A stretch of DNA of 36,267 nt from a virus. The DNA lies in the UHGV virus genome UHGV-0179687. One strand, written 5' to 3'. Each line of letters starts with the position of its first letter. The first letter of the stretch is position 1. Below are positions 7,901-17,502 of the stretch, piece after piece. The translations under genes and the position numbers were made by a program. The notes below the pieces were generated by a model that was not told the origin of the DNA, did not search any database, and saw only the letters and a list, made by a program, of their open reading frames with translations.

Positions 7901-10311
7901 GCCATGCTGATATGAACAATTGCAGCGGCTTTAACGAGGCCGCCGCAGCATTCTCATGGAACAGCCCGAAAAAGGCTATTAACCCTTATCTGGACCCGGC
8001 GGAAGTTGCGCCGGTTTCTGCGCTTTCAAACCTGATCACTCTGTACGCTGCCGATAACGAGCAGGAACAACTGCGCCGCGAGGCACTGAGTGATCAGGTC
8101 TGGGAGCGTTATTTCTTTAATGCATCCCGTGATCCTGTCCAACGCGAAATGGAGCAGGATAAGCTCATTAGCCGGGCAAAGCTGGCGCATGAGCAGCAGC
8201 GTTTTAATCCGGACATGATCATACTGGCGGACGTTAACGCCCAGCCTTCCCATATCAGCAAGCCGCTGATGCAACGTATTGAATACTTCAGCAGCCTGGG
8301 CAGGCCAAAGGCTTATTCCCGCTATTTGCGTGAGACGATTAAGCCATGTCTGGAACGACTGGAGCATGTACGCGACAGTCAGCTATCCACTTCTTTTCGC
8401 TTTATGGCAAGCCATGAAGGGCTGGACGGCCTGCTGATCTTGCCTGAATTGAGTCAGGATCAGGTGAAACGCCTGTCTACTCTTGTCGCTGCGCATATGA
8501 GTATGTGTCTTGATGCCGCTTGTGGTGATTTGTACGCCACCGATGATGTTAAGCCAGAAGAAATCCGCAAGACATGGGAAAAGGTGGCAGCAGAAACCCT
8601 GCGACTGGATGTCATACCGCCTGCGTTTGAGCAACTCCGCCGGAAAAGAAACCGCCGTAAACCCGTGCCCTATGAACTCATTCCGGGTTCGCTGGCGCGT
8701 ATGTTGTGCGCCGATTGGTGGTACCGTAAATTATGGAAGATGCGTTGCGAATGGCGGGAAGAGCAGTTGCGTGCTGTTTGTCTGGTCAGCAAAAAAGCAT
8801 CTCCCTATGTCAGCTATGAAGCCGTGATGCATAAACGTGAGCAGCGCCGTAAGTCGCTGGAGTTTTTCCGTTCTCATGAACTGGTGAACGAAGACGGCGA
8901 CACGCTGGACATGGAGGATGTGGTAAACGCCAGCAGCACCAACCCTGCACATCGCCGCAATGAGATGATGGCCTGTGTTAAAGGTCTGGAGCTTATCGCG
9001 GAAATGCGCGGTGACTGCGCCGTTTTTTACACCATCACCTGTCCGTCACGTTTCCATTCCACGCTAAATAACGGCAGGCCCAACCCGACCTGGACAAACG
9101 CGACGGTAAGACAAAGCAGTAATTATCTGGTCGGCATGTTTGCTGCATTTCGTAAGGCGATGCACAAAGCCGGGTTGCGCTGGTATGGCGTGCGGGTGGC
9201 TGAGCCGCATCATGACGGCACAGTTCACTGGCACCTGTTGTGTTTCATGCGCAAAAAAGACCGCCGCGCCATTACTGCATTGTTGCGTAAGTTTGCTATC
9301 CGTGAAGACCGCGAGGAGCTGGGTAATAACACGGGGCCACGCTTTAAGTCTGAGCTGATAAACCCGTGCAAAGGAACGCCGACTAGCTACATCGCGAAAT
9401 ACATCAGTAAGAACATTGACGGGCGTGGTCTGGCTGGCGAGATCAGCAAGGAAACGGGTAAATCTCTGCGTGATAACGCTGAATACGTTAATGCCTGGGC
9501 GTCTCTGCATCGTGTTCAGCAATTCCGCTTCTTTGGCATTCCGGGACGTCAGGCTTACCGTGAACTGCGATTGCTGGCTGGTCAGGTGGCAAGGCAACAG
9601 GGTGACAAAAAAGCAGGTGCGCCGGTACTGGATAACCCGCGCCTTGATGCCATTCTGGCTGCAGCTGATGCTGGTTGTTTTGCCACCTACATCATGAAGC
9701 AGGGCGGCGTACTGGTTCCCCGTAAATATCACCTCATCAGAACCGCTTATGAAATCAACGAAGAGCCGACCGCCTATGGCGATCACGGCATTCGTATTTA
9801 TGGCATCTGGTCACCCATTGCAGAGGGCAAAATCTGCACTCATGCAGTGAAGTGGAAAATGGTTCGTAAGGCCGTTGACGTTCAGGAGGCGGCAGCCGAC
9901 CAGGGCGCTTGCGCCCCTTGGACTCGTGGCAATAACTGTCCCCTTGCTGAAAATTTGAACCAACAAGGGAAAGACAAATCAGCTGATGGGGATACCAGAA
10001 CGGAGATCACCCGCATGGATGACAAGGAGTTGCACGATTACCTGCACAGTATGAGCAAAAAAGAGCGCCGGGAACTGGCAGCAAGGTTACGCCTGGTGAA
10101 ACCGAAATGGCGTAAAGACTACAAACAGCGAATTACAGAGCATCAGCGTCAGCAGCTCGTCTATGAACTGAAGTCCAGAGGATTTGATGGCAGCGAGAAA
10201 GAGGTCGATCTGCTCCTTCGCGGTGGCAGTATTCCGTCAGGAGCAGGCCTGCGTATCTTCTATCGGAACCAGCGTTTGCAGGAAGATGATAAGTGGCGGA
10301 ACCTGTATTAA
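7897..10311 (+). CDS. A: replication initiation endonuclease (P2 gpA-like)
   Basis: 804 aa. His-hydrophobic-His motif (TVHWHLLCF) and a downstream YIAKYISK tyrosine segment typical of rolling-circle initiators. Sits where P2 gene A does. Confidence 0.9.
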   Translation: MSHADMNNCSGFNEAAAAFSWNSPKKAINPYLDPAEVAPVSALSNLITLYAADNEQEQLRREALSDQVWERYFFNASRDPVQREMEQDKLISRAKLAHEQQRFNPDMIILADVNAQPSHISKPLMQRIEYFSSLGRPKAYSRYLRETIKPCLERLEHVRDSQLSTSFRFMASHEGLDGLLILPELSQDQVKRLSTLVAAHMSMCLDAACGDLYATDDVKPEEIRKTWEKVAAETLRLDVIPPAFEQLRRKRNRRKPVPYELIPGSLARMLCADWWYRKLWKMRCEWREEQLRAVCLVSKKASPYVSYEAVMHKREQRRKSLEFFRSHELVNEDGDTLDMEDVVNASSTNPAHRRNEMMACVKGLELIAEMRGDCAVFYTITCPSRFHSTLNNGRPNPTWTNATVRQSSNYLVGMFAAFRKAMHKAGLRWYGVRVAEPHHDGTVHWHLLCFMRKKDRRAITALLRKFAIREDREELGNNTGPRFKSELINPCKGTPTSYIAKYISKNIDGRGLAGEISKETGKSLRDNAEYVNAWASLHRVQQFRFFGIPGRQAYRELRLLAGQVARQQGDKKAGAPVLDNPRLDAILAAADAGCFATYIMKQGGVLVPRKYHLIRTAYEINEEPTAYGDHGIRIYGIWSPIAEGKICTHAVKWKMVRKAVDVQEAAADQGACAPWTRGNNCPLAENLNQQGKDKSADGDTRTEITRMDDKELHDYLHSMSKKERRELAARLRLVKPKWRKDYKQRITEHQRQQLVYELKSRGFDGSEKEVDLLLRGGSIPSGAGLRIFYRNQRLQEDDKWRNLY

Positions 10312-10403
10312 TTACGCGGGTTAACAATTCGTGCTCTTAATAATACCAGGCATATCAGGCTGATGAACGTAAAAAAACGTTTTACATCAGTAAGATTATT
10401 ATA

Positions 10404-10423
10404 TACTGTAAATATAAACAGTG
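10404..10423 (+). promoter_or_regulatory. LexA (SOS) box
   Basis: tACTGTaaatataaACAGtg matches CTGT-N8-ACAG with an AT-rich spacer, about 45 nt upstream of the ORF at 10465. Confidence 0.7.
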
Positions 10424-10464
10424 GCTATACATACAGTGTTGCGTGTGGTGTCATAGGAGGAAAG

Positions 10465-10653
10465 ATGCAGGACTATTTTTTGGAGTCTTTGAAGCTCCAG
10501 CGCATTGATTTTTTTCTTAAGCTTGTAGCGGCTAGTGAGTGTAGTGATGAAGAGAAGGGGCTGGCTTTGCAATGGGTTTCTGAACTGACAGATGAACTCA
10601 TGGCAAAAATCAGAACCCACGAATACAACCGCTCAATGGATGTCATCAGCTGA
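10465..10653 (+). CDS. small hypothetical protein downstream of the LexA box
   Basis: 62-aa ORF with RBS aggagg. No motif recognised. Confidence 0.5.
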   Translation: MQDYFLESLKLQRIDFFLKLVAASECSDEEKGLALQWVSELTDELMAKIRTHEYNRSMDVIS

Positions 10654-10663
10654 GGTGACTTTT

Positions 10664-10897
10664 ATGCGCATTGAAATAATGATCGATAAAGAGCAGAAGA
10701 TTAGCCAGTCTACCCTGGACGCCCTTGAATCCGAGCTTTACCGCAATCTGCGCCCCCTGTATCCCAAGACGGCGATCCGCATTCGCAAAGGCAGTGCCAA
10801 CGGTATCGAGTTGACCGGCTTAAAACTTGATGAGGATAAGCAGCGGGTAATGGAAATTATGCAGCAGGTCTGGGAAGACGACAGCTGGCTGCATTAG
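10664..10897 (+). CDS. dinI: DinI-family protein
   Basis: 77 aa, MRIEIMIDK...DALESEL...KQRVMEIMQQVWEDDSWLH, matching DinI conserved positions (MRIE start, DAL-x-EL, KQR-x-x-EI-x-Q-x-WE...W). Confidence 0.8.
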   Translation: MRIEIMIDKEQKISQSTLDALESELYRNLRPLYPKTAIRIRKGSANGIELTGLKLDEDKQRVMEIMQQVWEDDSWLH

Positions 10898-11183
10898 CGA
10901 ACGTTGCGGACGATAAAACTGGCTTTTACCGTCCGCAAGGTTGAACAACGAGCCGTGCGAGGCGTTAGAAATTGCCTTTGTTAGTGCCTGCTTCTCATAA
11001 GAGGCACTATATATGCTAAATGCAGTGGTTTAAGGCAGAAACATCTTGCGCGATTAGGGGCAATGAACTTAAGTTAAGTAACGCAACCAACAGTTAAAAC
11101 GGTTGTCTTAGTTATAAGGAACTTGCTGTTGTGGTTGCTGGTGACGAAGTGTACACTTCCGCGCCGTATAAGAAGGAGGGGTT

Positions 11184-11402
11184 ATGTCAAGTATCGCCGC
11201 ATTGAAGCTGGGTAATCCAGTTGAACGTTTGGCACGGGTTCTGAAAGAGAACCAGGACAAGCTCAATCTGAGTAAAGATGGTTTTGTGTCCGTAGATTTG
11301 TCCAACGAAGAAGCTATGAAAGCCATCCGAGATCAGATGGATAAGCTTGAAGGCATCAAAACGAGCACTGTTAAAGCAAAATATTATTACAGAACCCGAT
11401 AA
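11184..11402 (+). CDS. small soluble hypothetical protein (first gene of accessory pair)
   Basis: 72 aa, strong RBS aaggaggg. Stop overlaps the next start (TAATG). Confidence 0.6.
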   Translation: MSSIAALKLGNPVERLARVLKENQDKLNLSKDGFVSVDLSNEEAMKAIRDQMDKLEGIKTSTVKAKYYYRTR

Positions 11403-12244
11403 TGGCAACATTACTTTTAGCAGTGATTTTGGTTAGTGGTTTTATATATGTAAACCTATCACTTTCAACACGTTATAGATATAAGCGTTCCAATGGCTGG
11501 GACGCTTATTTTTTTGTGGCTGCATGGGGAATTGTCTTTTTCCTCGCTGGCGGCTTCCTTACCTTCGCTCTTAACATCAGCGGTGGGTTTCGCTGGTTTT
11601 CTAATGCGCTGAATCTGACTCCAGACAGCTTTAACGGGATGTTATCCACCACAACCGATAAACCGCAGCGCATCAATGAAATTAAGCAAATCGCGTGGGT
11701 TGTGATTTCAATAGTTCTCGCGGCGCTGTTCGGTTGGCTAAACAAACGCCGTACTTCAAAGGGGGATCGCCGTTGGGATGCACTGGCAAAGGCAGTGGGA
11801 AACAATGCTTTTGAATCGCTGCTCATGGAAGCATCAGCTCGCCAGTTTCCTATCATTGCTACACTTTCATCACGCAAAATCTATGTAGGGCTGGTGACTT
11901 GCCCTGCGTTGGAAAATGGATTGTCGGAACACCTTGAAATTCTCCCCTTGCTGAGCGGATATCGTGATAAAGACGACCTAACGATAAATATCACGACAAA
12001 CTATCATCAGCACTATCTTGATAGCGGTGTTATCAATGGGATGTCGCGCCTGAATATCCAGGATTTCCGTGTGCTTCTCCCTAAAGATGAAGTTGAAACC
12101 ATCTCGTTTTTTGATACTGAAACGTATAACAAATTTAAAGAAAACGAAGCGCGTGACCGGAAAGACTGCCGCAAGTTGGGTGGTAAAAAGCCATCCGCAC
12201 GCAGGAGAAAGACTGCTGGCGACGCAGAGCAGGGTAGTGCATGA
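11402..12244 (+). CDS. membrane protein with three N-terminal hydrophobic helices and a C-terminal soluble domain
   Basis: 280 aa. Hydrophobic segments LLLAVILVSGFIYVNLSL, YFFVAAWGIVFFLAGGFLTFAL and IAWVVISIVLAALFGWL, then about 170 soluble residues and a basic tail. Confidence 0.65.
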   Translation: MATLLLAVILVSGFIYVNLSLSTRYRYKRSNGWDAYFFVAAWGIVFFLAGGFLTFALNISGGFRWFSNALNLTPDSFNGMLSTTTDKPQRINEIKQIAWVVISIVLAALFGWLNKRRTSKGDRRWDALAKAVGNNAFESLLMEASARQFPIIATLSSRKIYVGLVTCPALENGLSEHLEILPLLSGYRDKDDLTINITTNYHQHYLDSGVINGMSRLNIQDFRVLLPKDEVETISFFDTETYNKFKENEARDRKDCRKLGGKKPSARRRKTAGDAEQGSA

Positions 12245-12289
12245 CTATGCTGCATGAATTTGCATGATCGTTTGAGGATCGTTTTAGCT

Positions 12290-12318
12290 CCGGCCCGCCA
12301 GTTCAGGCGGGCTTTTTC
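12290..12318 (+). terminator. rho-independent terminator after the membrane-protein gene
   Basis: GC stem cggcccgcc / ggcgggc with loop agttca, followed by TTTTT. Confidence 0.7.
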
Positions 12319-12459
12319 ATATCTCATGCAGGTGCATGAAAACCACTACACAAAGCGGGCAGGCGTGGCGGGGATACGAGCGCGCGCAACAGGTAAACCC
12401 CTAGACTTGTTAAAATATTTGTCATATAAATCAAACATCAAACCTAAGGGAGGCAGAGG

Positions 12460-13893
12460 ATGATCCAGCCAAAAGTTTTTATATCCTATAGTTGGTCAAG
12501 TAAAACTCATCAGCAACATATCAAAGATATGGCTGAACGATTGGCGGCAGATGGAGTTGAAACTGTCATAGATATTTATGACTTGAAAGAAGGGGATGAT
12601 AAAAATTATTACATGGAAAGAATGGTTCAAGATGAAACGGTTACGCATGTTTTAGTCATTTGTGATAAAAAATACTCAGAAAAAGCCGATTTAAGAAAAG
12701 ATGGTGTCGGTGTTGAGTCGATGATAATTTCCCAGGAAATATATTCATCCGTGTCGCAGTCCAAATTTATACCATTAATATTTGAGTACAAAGATAATGG
12801 AGAGCCGTATACTCCAATCTTTCTGAAGTCTAGAATCTATATTGATTTTTCAACGCCAGAAAAAGAAAATGATAATTGGGAGCGTTTAATCAGGTTGCTT
12901 TATGGAAAACCAGAATTTACTAAGCCACCATTAGGTAAGCCTCCGGTTTATTTAGAGCAAGACACGTCAAAACCGACGTATGAAATTCATGCAAAATTTC
13001 AAACTTTAAAATCAGCTGTCTTAAATCAAAAGCAGACATTAAAGGATTGCAGAAGGCAATTTTTAGAGGTGTGCCGAAATTATTGTATCTCACTACAAGT
13101 CGTAACAAACCCAACTACTGAAGATTTTGCAGCGGAAGTTTTGCAAATTCATAAAGAGCTTATTGCCGTTAGGGATGCCATTACAGACTGGGTTTTACTT
13201 GAGGGTGATACGCAGGGCGAAGACTTTTCCAAAGCACTATTACAGTTTATGGAAGTAATGTTAGCGATTAGAAATCGTCCGAAAAATGTAAATTCATATA
13301 ATGAAATATGGTTTTTGCCCCATCAGATTTTTGCGTATGAAACGTTTTTATATATTTTGGCGGCTTTAATAAAAATTGAAGCTTTCCAGCATGTACATAC
13401 ATTACTGCATACATCTTATTTGCTACCCGATCATATAACCAGTCCGGGAATGGAGTTTGCTAATTACAGTGAGTTATATTTAAGCTCTGATTACCTTCAA
13501 AGTAAATTGTCCCCTGAAAACTATCGACTGTATTCCCCTGTTGCTGAGTTAGTAAAGCAAAGTGCAACTAGAGATGATGTGTCTTTCGATGATTTGAAAC
13601 AAGCTGATCTTGTTGCTCTTATGATATCCTTCATTAATCCCGGTATTTTTTGGTACCCGCAAATGTTGTTGTATTCCGGGCACTATGAGAAATATCCTCT
13701 ATTTACAAGAGCAATACAGCATAGAGGATTCAAGAGTATTGCAGTTATTACCGGAATCGATGACAGTAAACTTTTGGCTCAAAAGCTGACAGAGGGTGAG
13801 GCCCAGCGAAATACTAATAACTGGTATCATTTCGGTTTTAATAGAGACTTTCTCAATAAAATGAATGTTAGTCGTCTAGATAGTATTGAATGA
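12460..13893 (+). CDS. TIR-like domain protein with an unrecognised C-terminal domain
   Basis: 477 aa. N-terminus KVFISYSWSS...VLVICDKKYSEK...GVGVESMI fits a TIR/TIR-like fold signature (FISYS strand, later acidic residue). RBS aagggagg. Hand-counted G+C about 27-35 %. Confidence 0.7.
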   Translation: MIQPKVFISYSWSSKTHQQHIKDMAERLAADGVETVIDIYDLKEGDDKNYYMERMVQDETVTHVLVICDKKYSEKADLRKDGVGVESMIISQEIYSSVSQSKFIPLIFEYKDNGEPYTPIFLKSRIYIDFSTPEKENDNWERLIRLLYGKPEFTKPPLGKPPVYLEQDTSKPTYEIHAKFQTLKSAVLNQKQTLKDCRRQFLEVCRNYCISLQVVTNPTTEDFAAEVLQIHKELIAVRDAITDWVLLEGDTQGEDFSKALLQFMEVMLAIRNRPKNVNSYNEIWFLPHQIFAYETFLYILAALIKIEAFQHVHTLLHTSYLLPDHITSPGMEFANYSELYLSSDYLQSKLSPENYRLYSPVAELVKQSATRDDVSFDDLKQADLVALMISFINPGIFWYPQMLLYSGHYEKYPLFTRAIQHRGFKSIAVITGIDDSKLLAQKLTEGEAQRNTNNWYHFGFNRDFLNKMNVSRLDSIE

Positions 13894-13898
13894 AAATT

Positions 13899-13924
13899 AG
13901 AGGGCGCTTTGCAAAGCGCTCTCT
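13899..13924. terminator. hairpin between the convergent TIR-like gene and Q (possible bidirectional terminator)
   Basis: agagggcgctttgcaaagcgctctct, a near-perfect inverted repeat between the stop at 13893 and the Q stop at 13928. Confidence 0.55.
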
Positions 13925-13927
13925 GTA

Positions 13928-14968
13928 TTAGTTTTCAATATCTAAGGTGTAGGGCTCAAAGCGGATCACTTCTTCGCCCAGCCAGTCGTTAAGCTCCTGC
14001 AGTCGCTTCTGCAGCGGCATCAGCTCGTTGCGGACAAAGACGCGGCTGGCCTTTTCCACATCACCAAAGCCGCCGGTATTGTTGGGAATGATGCCCATCA
14101 TCTGCGGCGGCACGCGGTGAGCAGCCATCATGTCATCACGGCTCACGTTCTTGATGTTCAGAAATTCATCCTTTGCCGCAACTTCCGACAACGGGATTAT
14201 CTGGATGCCGTCCTTTTTACCGTTGGGCGAATACATAAACAGGTTGCGGAAGTTGCCCGGCCCTTTGGCGCTTTTCATTGCCTGGCGGATATTGTTCACG
14301 TCCTCCTGATTCTGTGCTGCGTCGGTCATGTACATGATGAAACCCGCGTGGCTGCCGTTGATGTAATACTTCCGGCGAAACAGCGTTGCTGACTCGTTGA
14401 GCAGGGTTGACGGGATGGCGGAGAGATAGCCGGGCAGCCCGTAAATCTCCTGATTAATATCCGGTTCCAGCAGATGAAAGATGTTGCCCTGCGTAAATTC
14501 ATAGGGCTGCGTGGTCATGCCATACTGCACAAACCAGTAGGTGTCGAGATCCACGCCGCGCCGTGTGTACTTCGCCAGTGCTGGCTCCAGCGAGAGAACG
14601 CTGCCGAGCCGGTTGGTGCGCTTTTCCAGATAGGCGTTACCGAACACCAGATAATCCTGGACGAAACGGGCAAAAGCCTGCTGGCTGAGCAGGCGGTGCG
14701 GGATATAGGTACTGCTGAGAATGTCACGCTTAACGGCAATCGGTGAGCTGTGATGCACGGCGGCGCGATAGGTCCGCGCCAGTCCGTCAAAGCTCACCGG
14801 CGGTTCATACCAGCGATCCATCTGCACGCATTCCACGTAGTCCAGCAATTCGCGTCGGTCTAACACCGGCACCGGGTCGCCAAAGCTGAACGCCTCTGCC
14901 GCAGCACCGCCTGAATTTGCGTTGTGATCTACTGCTGCGCGGTTATTCTTGTTTTTACGTTTGCTCAT
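13928..14968 (-). CDS. Q: portal protein (P2 gpQ-like)
   Basis: 346 aa, upstream partner of the terminase as in P2. Conserved FSFGDPVPVLDRRELLDYVECV segment near the N-terminus. Confidence 0.9.
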   Translation of the reverse strand: MSKRKNKNNRAAVDHNANSGGAAAEAFSFGDPVPVLDRRELLDYVECVQMDRWYEPPVSFDGLARTYRAAVHHSSPIAVKRDILSSTYIPHRLLSQQAFARFVQDYLVFGNAYLEKRTNRLGSVLSLEPALAKYTRRGVDLDTYWFVQYGMTTQPYEFTQGNIFHLLEPDINQEIYGLPGYLSAIPSTLLNESATLFRRKYYINGSHAGFIMYMTDAAQNQEDVNNIRQAMKSAKGPGNFRNLFMYSPNGKKDGIQIIPLSEVAAKDEFLNIKNVSRDDMMAAHRVPPQMMGIIPNNTGGFGDVEKASRVFVRNELMPLQKRLQELNDWLGEEVIRFEPYTLDIEN

Positions 14969-15693
14969 GCCGCCTGCTCCTTGTCAGTCTGGGGCCATTC
15001 GCACATAAACAGCATTTTCCAGTCCTCTGCTGATAACTCTTTTTTCATGTCATTAAGCCATTCATCATCAAAGAGCGCGGCTCCGGTTGCGAGCGTTGCC
15101 CCGGATGCTGCAGCGTCATCAGCGGTAAAAATCATGCTGGTTGTGCTGTTGCGGGCAATCAGCTTCTTGTATTCCCGCCATGCTTCCGGGCTGGGGCTTG
15201 GGGTGGTGTAGTAGGTAGCGTGATAGCGCGCGTGCATGGACAGGCTTTTGGCGAGCGCAATCATATTTTTCGGGGAGTCCGCCCAGGCATACTCTGACAC
15301 ATAGACGTTTCCATGGAGCGCGGCGGCGAGACTTTTCGGCCCGATAAAATAAATGACCGCACCGTTAGGTAGTTCCAGATGCGCTTTACCTGATTTTATT
15401 TTCCCAAGGTGTGTCCAGGTTGCGGCCTGATCTATAAAGGCTGACATATAGGTTTTGACTGTCAGGGCAGATGCTGTGCTGCAGCAGAGGAAAATCTGGT
15501 TACGCCCGGTATGCAGTGCATCGTTCAGGGCTTCATAGGAAAAAAAGAAATCCGCGCCTGCCTGGCGCATTTTTGTGAGTACACGGTTTCTACTCTTTGG
15601 GCTAGTGTTCCACTCATACTGGTAAGCAAAGAAAGAGCTATCCACCGGAAGTCCCGCGATAGTCATGAGGTTAGTTGGGATTGGGGGCATCAA
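14965..15693 (-). CDS. terminase large-subunit ATPase-domain paralog (no nuclease domain)
   Basis: 242 aa aligning by eye to the middle of the adjacent P protein: LHTGRNQIFL vs LLTGRNQIFL, ELPNGAVIYFIG vs VLPNGATLYFLG, LHGNVYVSEYAW vs YHGNLYLDEYFW, LFMCEW vs LLMCEF. Its start overlaps the P stop and its stop overlaps the Q start. Confidence 0.75.
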   Translation of the reverse strand: MMPPIPTNLMTIAGLPVDSSFFAYQYEWNTSPKSRNRVLTKMRQAGADFFFSYEALNDALHTGRNQIFLCCSTASALTVKTYMSAFIDQAATWTHLGKIKSGKAHLELPNGAVIYFIGPKSLAAALHGNVYVSEYAWADSPKNMIALAKSLSMHARYHATYYTTPSPSPEAWREYKKLIARNSTTSMIFTADDAAASGATLATGAALFDDEWLNDMKKELSAEDWKMLFMCEWPQTDKEQAA

Positions 15694-17456
15694 AAAATCT
15701 CCACAATATTGCTGGTATTGGCGGATTCGCCCTGCAGCGGTTCGTTAAACAGTGCGTGCATTGTTGCCCAGGCCAGATCGGCATGGCTGGCTTCTTCGCT
15801 GCGGCTGGCTTCATAGGTTAGGCGGTTGCCGCTGGCGGTGGTGGCGCGACGGATTGCCATAAAGGACTGCGCAATGTCGGTGTGCCCGGCGTCAAACTCC
15901 AGACGGCGGTGGCTGATAATGTCGTAGGCCTTGAGTACCAGGGCGTTTTTAACGTTGGGGTTGTAGACAAACTCCCGGACGGCAGGAAAGAACGCTTTCA
16001 CGTTCTCGTAAACCCCGTGACCAACGCCGGTTGAGTCGATGCCGATGTAGGTCACGTTGTACTGCTCGGTCAGTTTTTTGATTGCGTCCGCCTGGGCACG
16101 GAAGTCCATCCCGCGCCACTGGTGACGCTCAAGAATGCGAAACTTACCGCCTGGCACGGCTGGCGGTGCCACCACCACGCATCCGGCGCTGTCGCCGTTC
16201 TGCGTACCTTTTGCCGGGTCATAACCGATCCACACTTCGCGCCAGCCAAATGGGCGCAGGGCCAGAGCATGAAAGTCGGTCCAGACTTCCCAACTGTCCA
16301 CCATGCACGCCTGCAGCTCGCTGAGCGGGAACACGGACGCGAGATCGTCCACAAACTCGCACATCAGCAGGTTCTGGTATTCGTCCGGGCTGTACTCCAT
16401 GCGCAACTGGTCAAGGTCGAACAGGTTACAGCCGCCGCGCACCGCATCTTCCACGGTGACTATCTGGCGGTATTGCCCGTCTGCGCACAGCAGGCCGGGG
16501 GCCAGATTGCTGTGGGACAGGTCGATGTCCACCTTGTCGGCCTTGTTGCGCCCACGGTTGAACAGCGCACCGGACCAGAACGGATAAGCACTGTGTGTCA
16601 GGCTGGATGGCGTGGAAAAATAGGTTTGTCGCCATTTTTTGTGAATAGCCATACCGGAAGCCACTTTGCGCAGCTCCTGGAATTTCGGTATCCAGAAATA
16701 TTCATCCAGATACAGGTTGCCGTGATAACTCTGGGCCGTGCGGGCATTGGTGCCGAGGAAGTAAAGCGTGGCCCCGTTAGGAAGCACCATCGGATCGCCT
16801 TTCAACTCCACCTCCACTTCTTTGGCGAAGTCGATGATGTACTGCTTAAAGACGTGGGCCTGTGCCTTGCTGGCGGAAAGGAAAATCTGGTTACGTCCGG
16901 TAAGCAGGGCGTCAATCAGGGCTTCACGGGCAAAGTAAAAGGTCGCGCCGATCTGGCGTGACTTCAGCAGGTTCCGGATGCGGTTGGTTTTTCCGGCTTC
17001 CCACCAGTGGCGCTGGTAGTTGAACATGGAGGAATGGAAGATTTCTTCCAGCTTCTCAATCTGCTCATCGGTGAAAACATTCTTTTCCGGCTGACGGCGC
17101 GGGCCTTTGTTACGGTTGGCGACGTTAGGGTTTAAATCGGCTTCGTTGCCGCCATTGTTAAACTTGCCGATCCGCGCGTGGCGTTCCGACTGGCGCGCCA
17201 GCAGGTCAATCTCTTTGAAATCTTTCCCTTCTTTGTGCTCCTTCATGATGAGCTGGCAGTAGCGTGCGGCGGTGGTGAGCTGCATCTGGTCCAGCGGCCC
17301 ATAGTCACCCCACTTGTCGCGTTTTTTCCAGCTGTGAACGGTTGCAACTTTCTCGCCCAGCATTTCAGCAATGCGGGCTACGCGGTATCCCTGAAAGTAC
17401 AGCAGCATGGCCTGCCGACGGGGATCGAGATCTGCGGGTGTCAGTGTGGTGTTCAT
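15690..17456 (-). CDS. P: terminase large subunit (P2 gpP-like)
   Basis: 588 aa, full-length ATPase plus nuclease, at the canonical position divergent from O. Confidence 0.9.
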   Translation of the reverse strand: MNTTLTPADLDPRRQAMLLYFQGYRVARIAEMLGEKVATVHSWKKRDKWGDYGPLDQMQLTTAARYCQLIMKEHKEGKDFKEIDLLARQSERHARIGKFNNGGNEADLNPNVANRNKGPRRQPEKNVFTDEQIEKLEEIFHSSMFNYQRHWWEAGKTNRIRNLLKSRQIGATFYFAREALIDALLTGRNQIFLSASKAQAHVFKQYIIDFAKEVEVELKGDPMVLPNGATLYFLGTNARTAQSYHGNLYLDEYFWIPKFQELRKVASGMAIHKKWRQTYFSTPSSLTHSAYPFWSGALFNRGRNKADKVDIDLSHSNLAPGLLCADGQYRQIVTVEDAVRGGCNLFDLDQLRMEYSPDEYQNLLMCEFVDDLASVFPLSELQACMVDSWEVWTDFHALALRPFGWREVWIGYDPAKGTQNGDSAGCVVVAPPAVPGGKFRILERHQWRGMDFRAQADAIKKLTEQYNVTYIGIDSTGVGHGVYENVKAFFPAVREFVYNPNVKNALVLKAYDIISHRRLEFDAGHTDIAQSFMAIRRATTASGNRLTYEASRSEEASHADLAWATMHALFNEPLQGESANTSNIVEIF

Positions 17457-17502
17457 GGCACAAACCTACAGCCTTGAATAAAGGCTTTCTCCGCCTGCGG
17501 TT

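Noticed and set aside
9064-9786. 240-aa minus-strand ORF inside replication gene A
   Set aside because: Antisense shadow of the A gene with no independent support.
10350-10380. Palindrome aacgtaaaaaaacgtt after gene A as a regulatory site
   Set aside because: A short AT-rich palindrome with no second copy. The adjacent LexA box is the better-supported regulatory element.
16122-16961. 279-aa plus-strand ORF inside the terminase large-subunit gene
   Set aside because: Antisense to a well-supported gene, no RBS context. Typical of long stop-free stretches in about 55-60 % G+C DNA.
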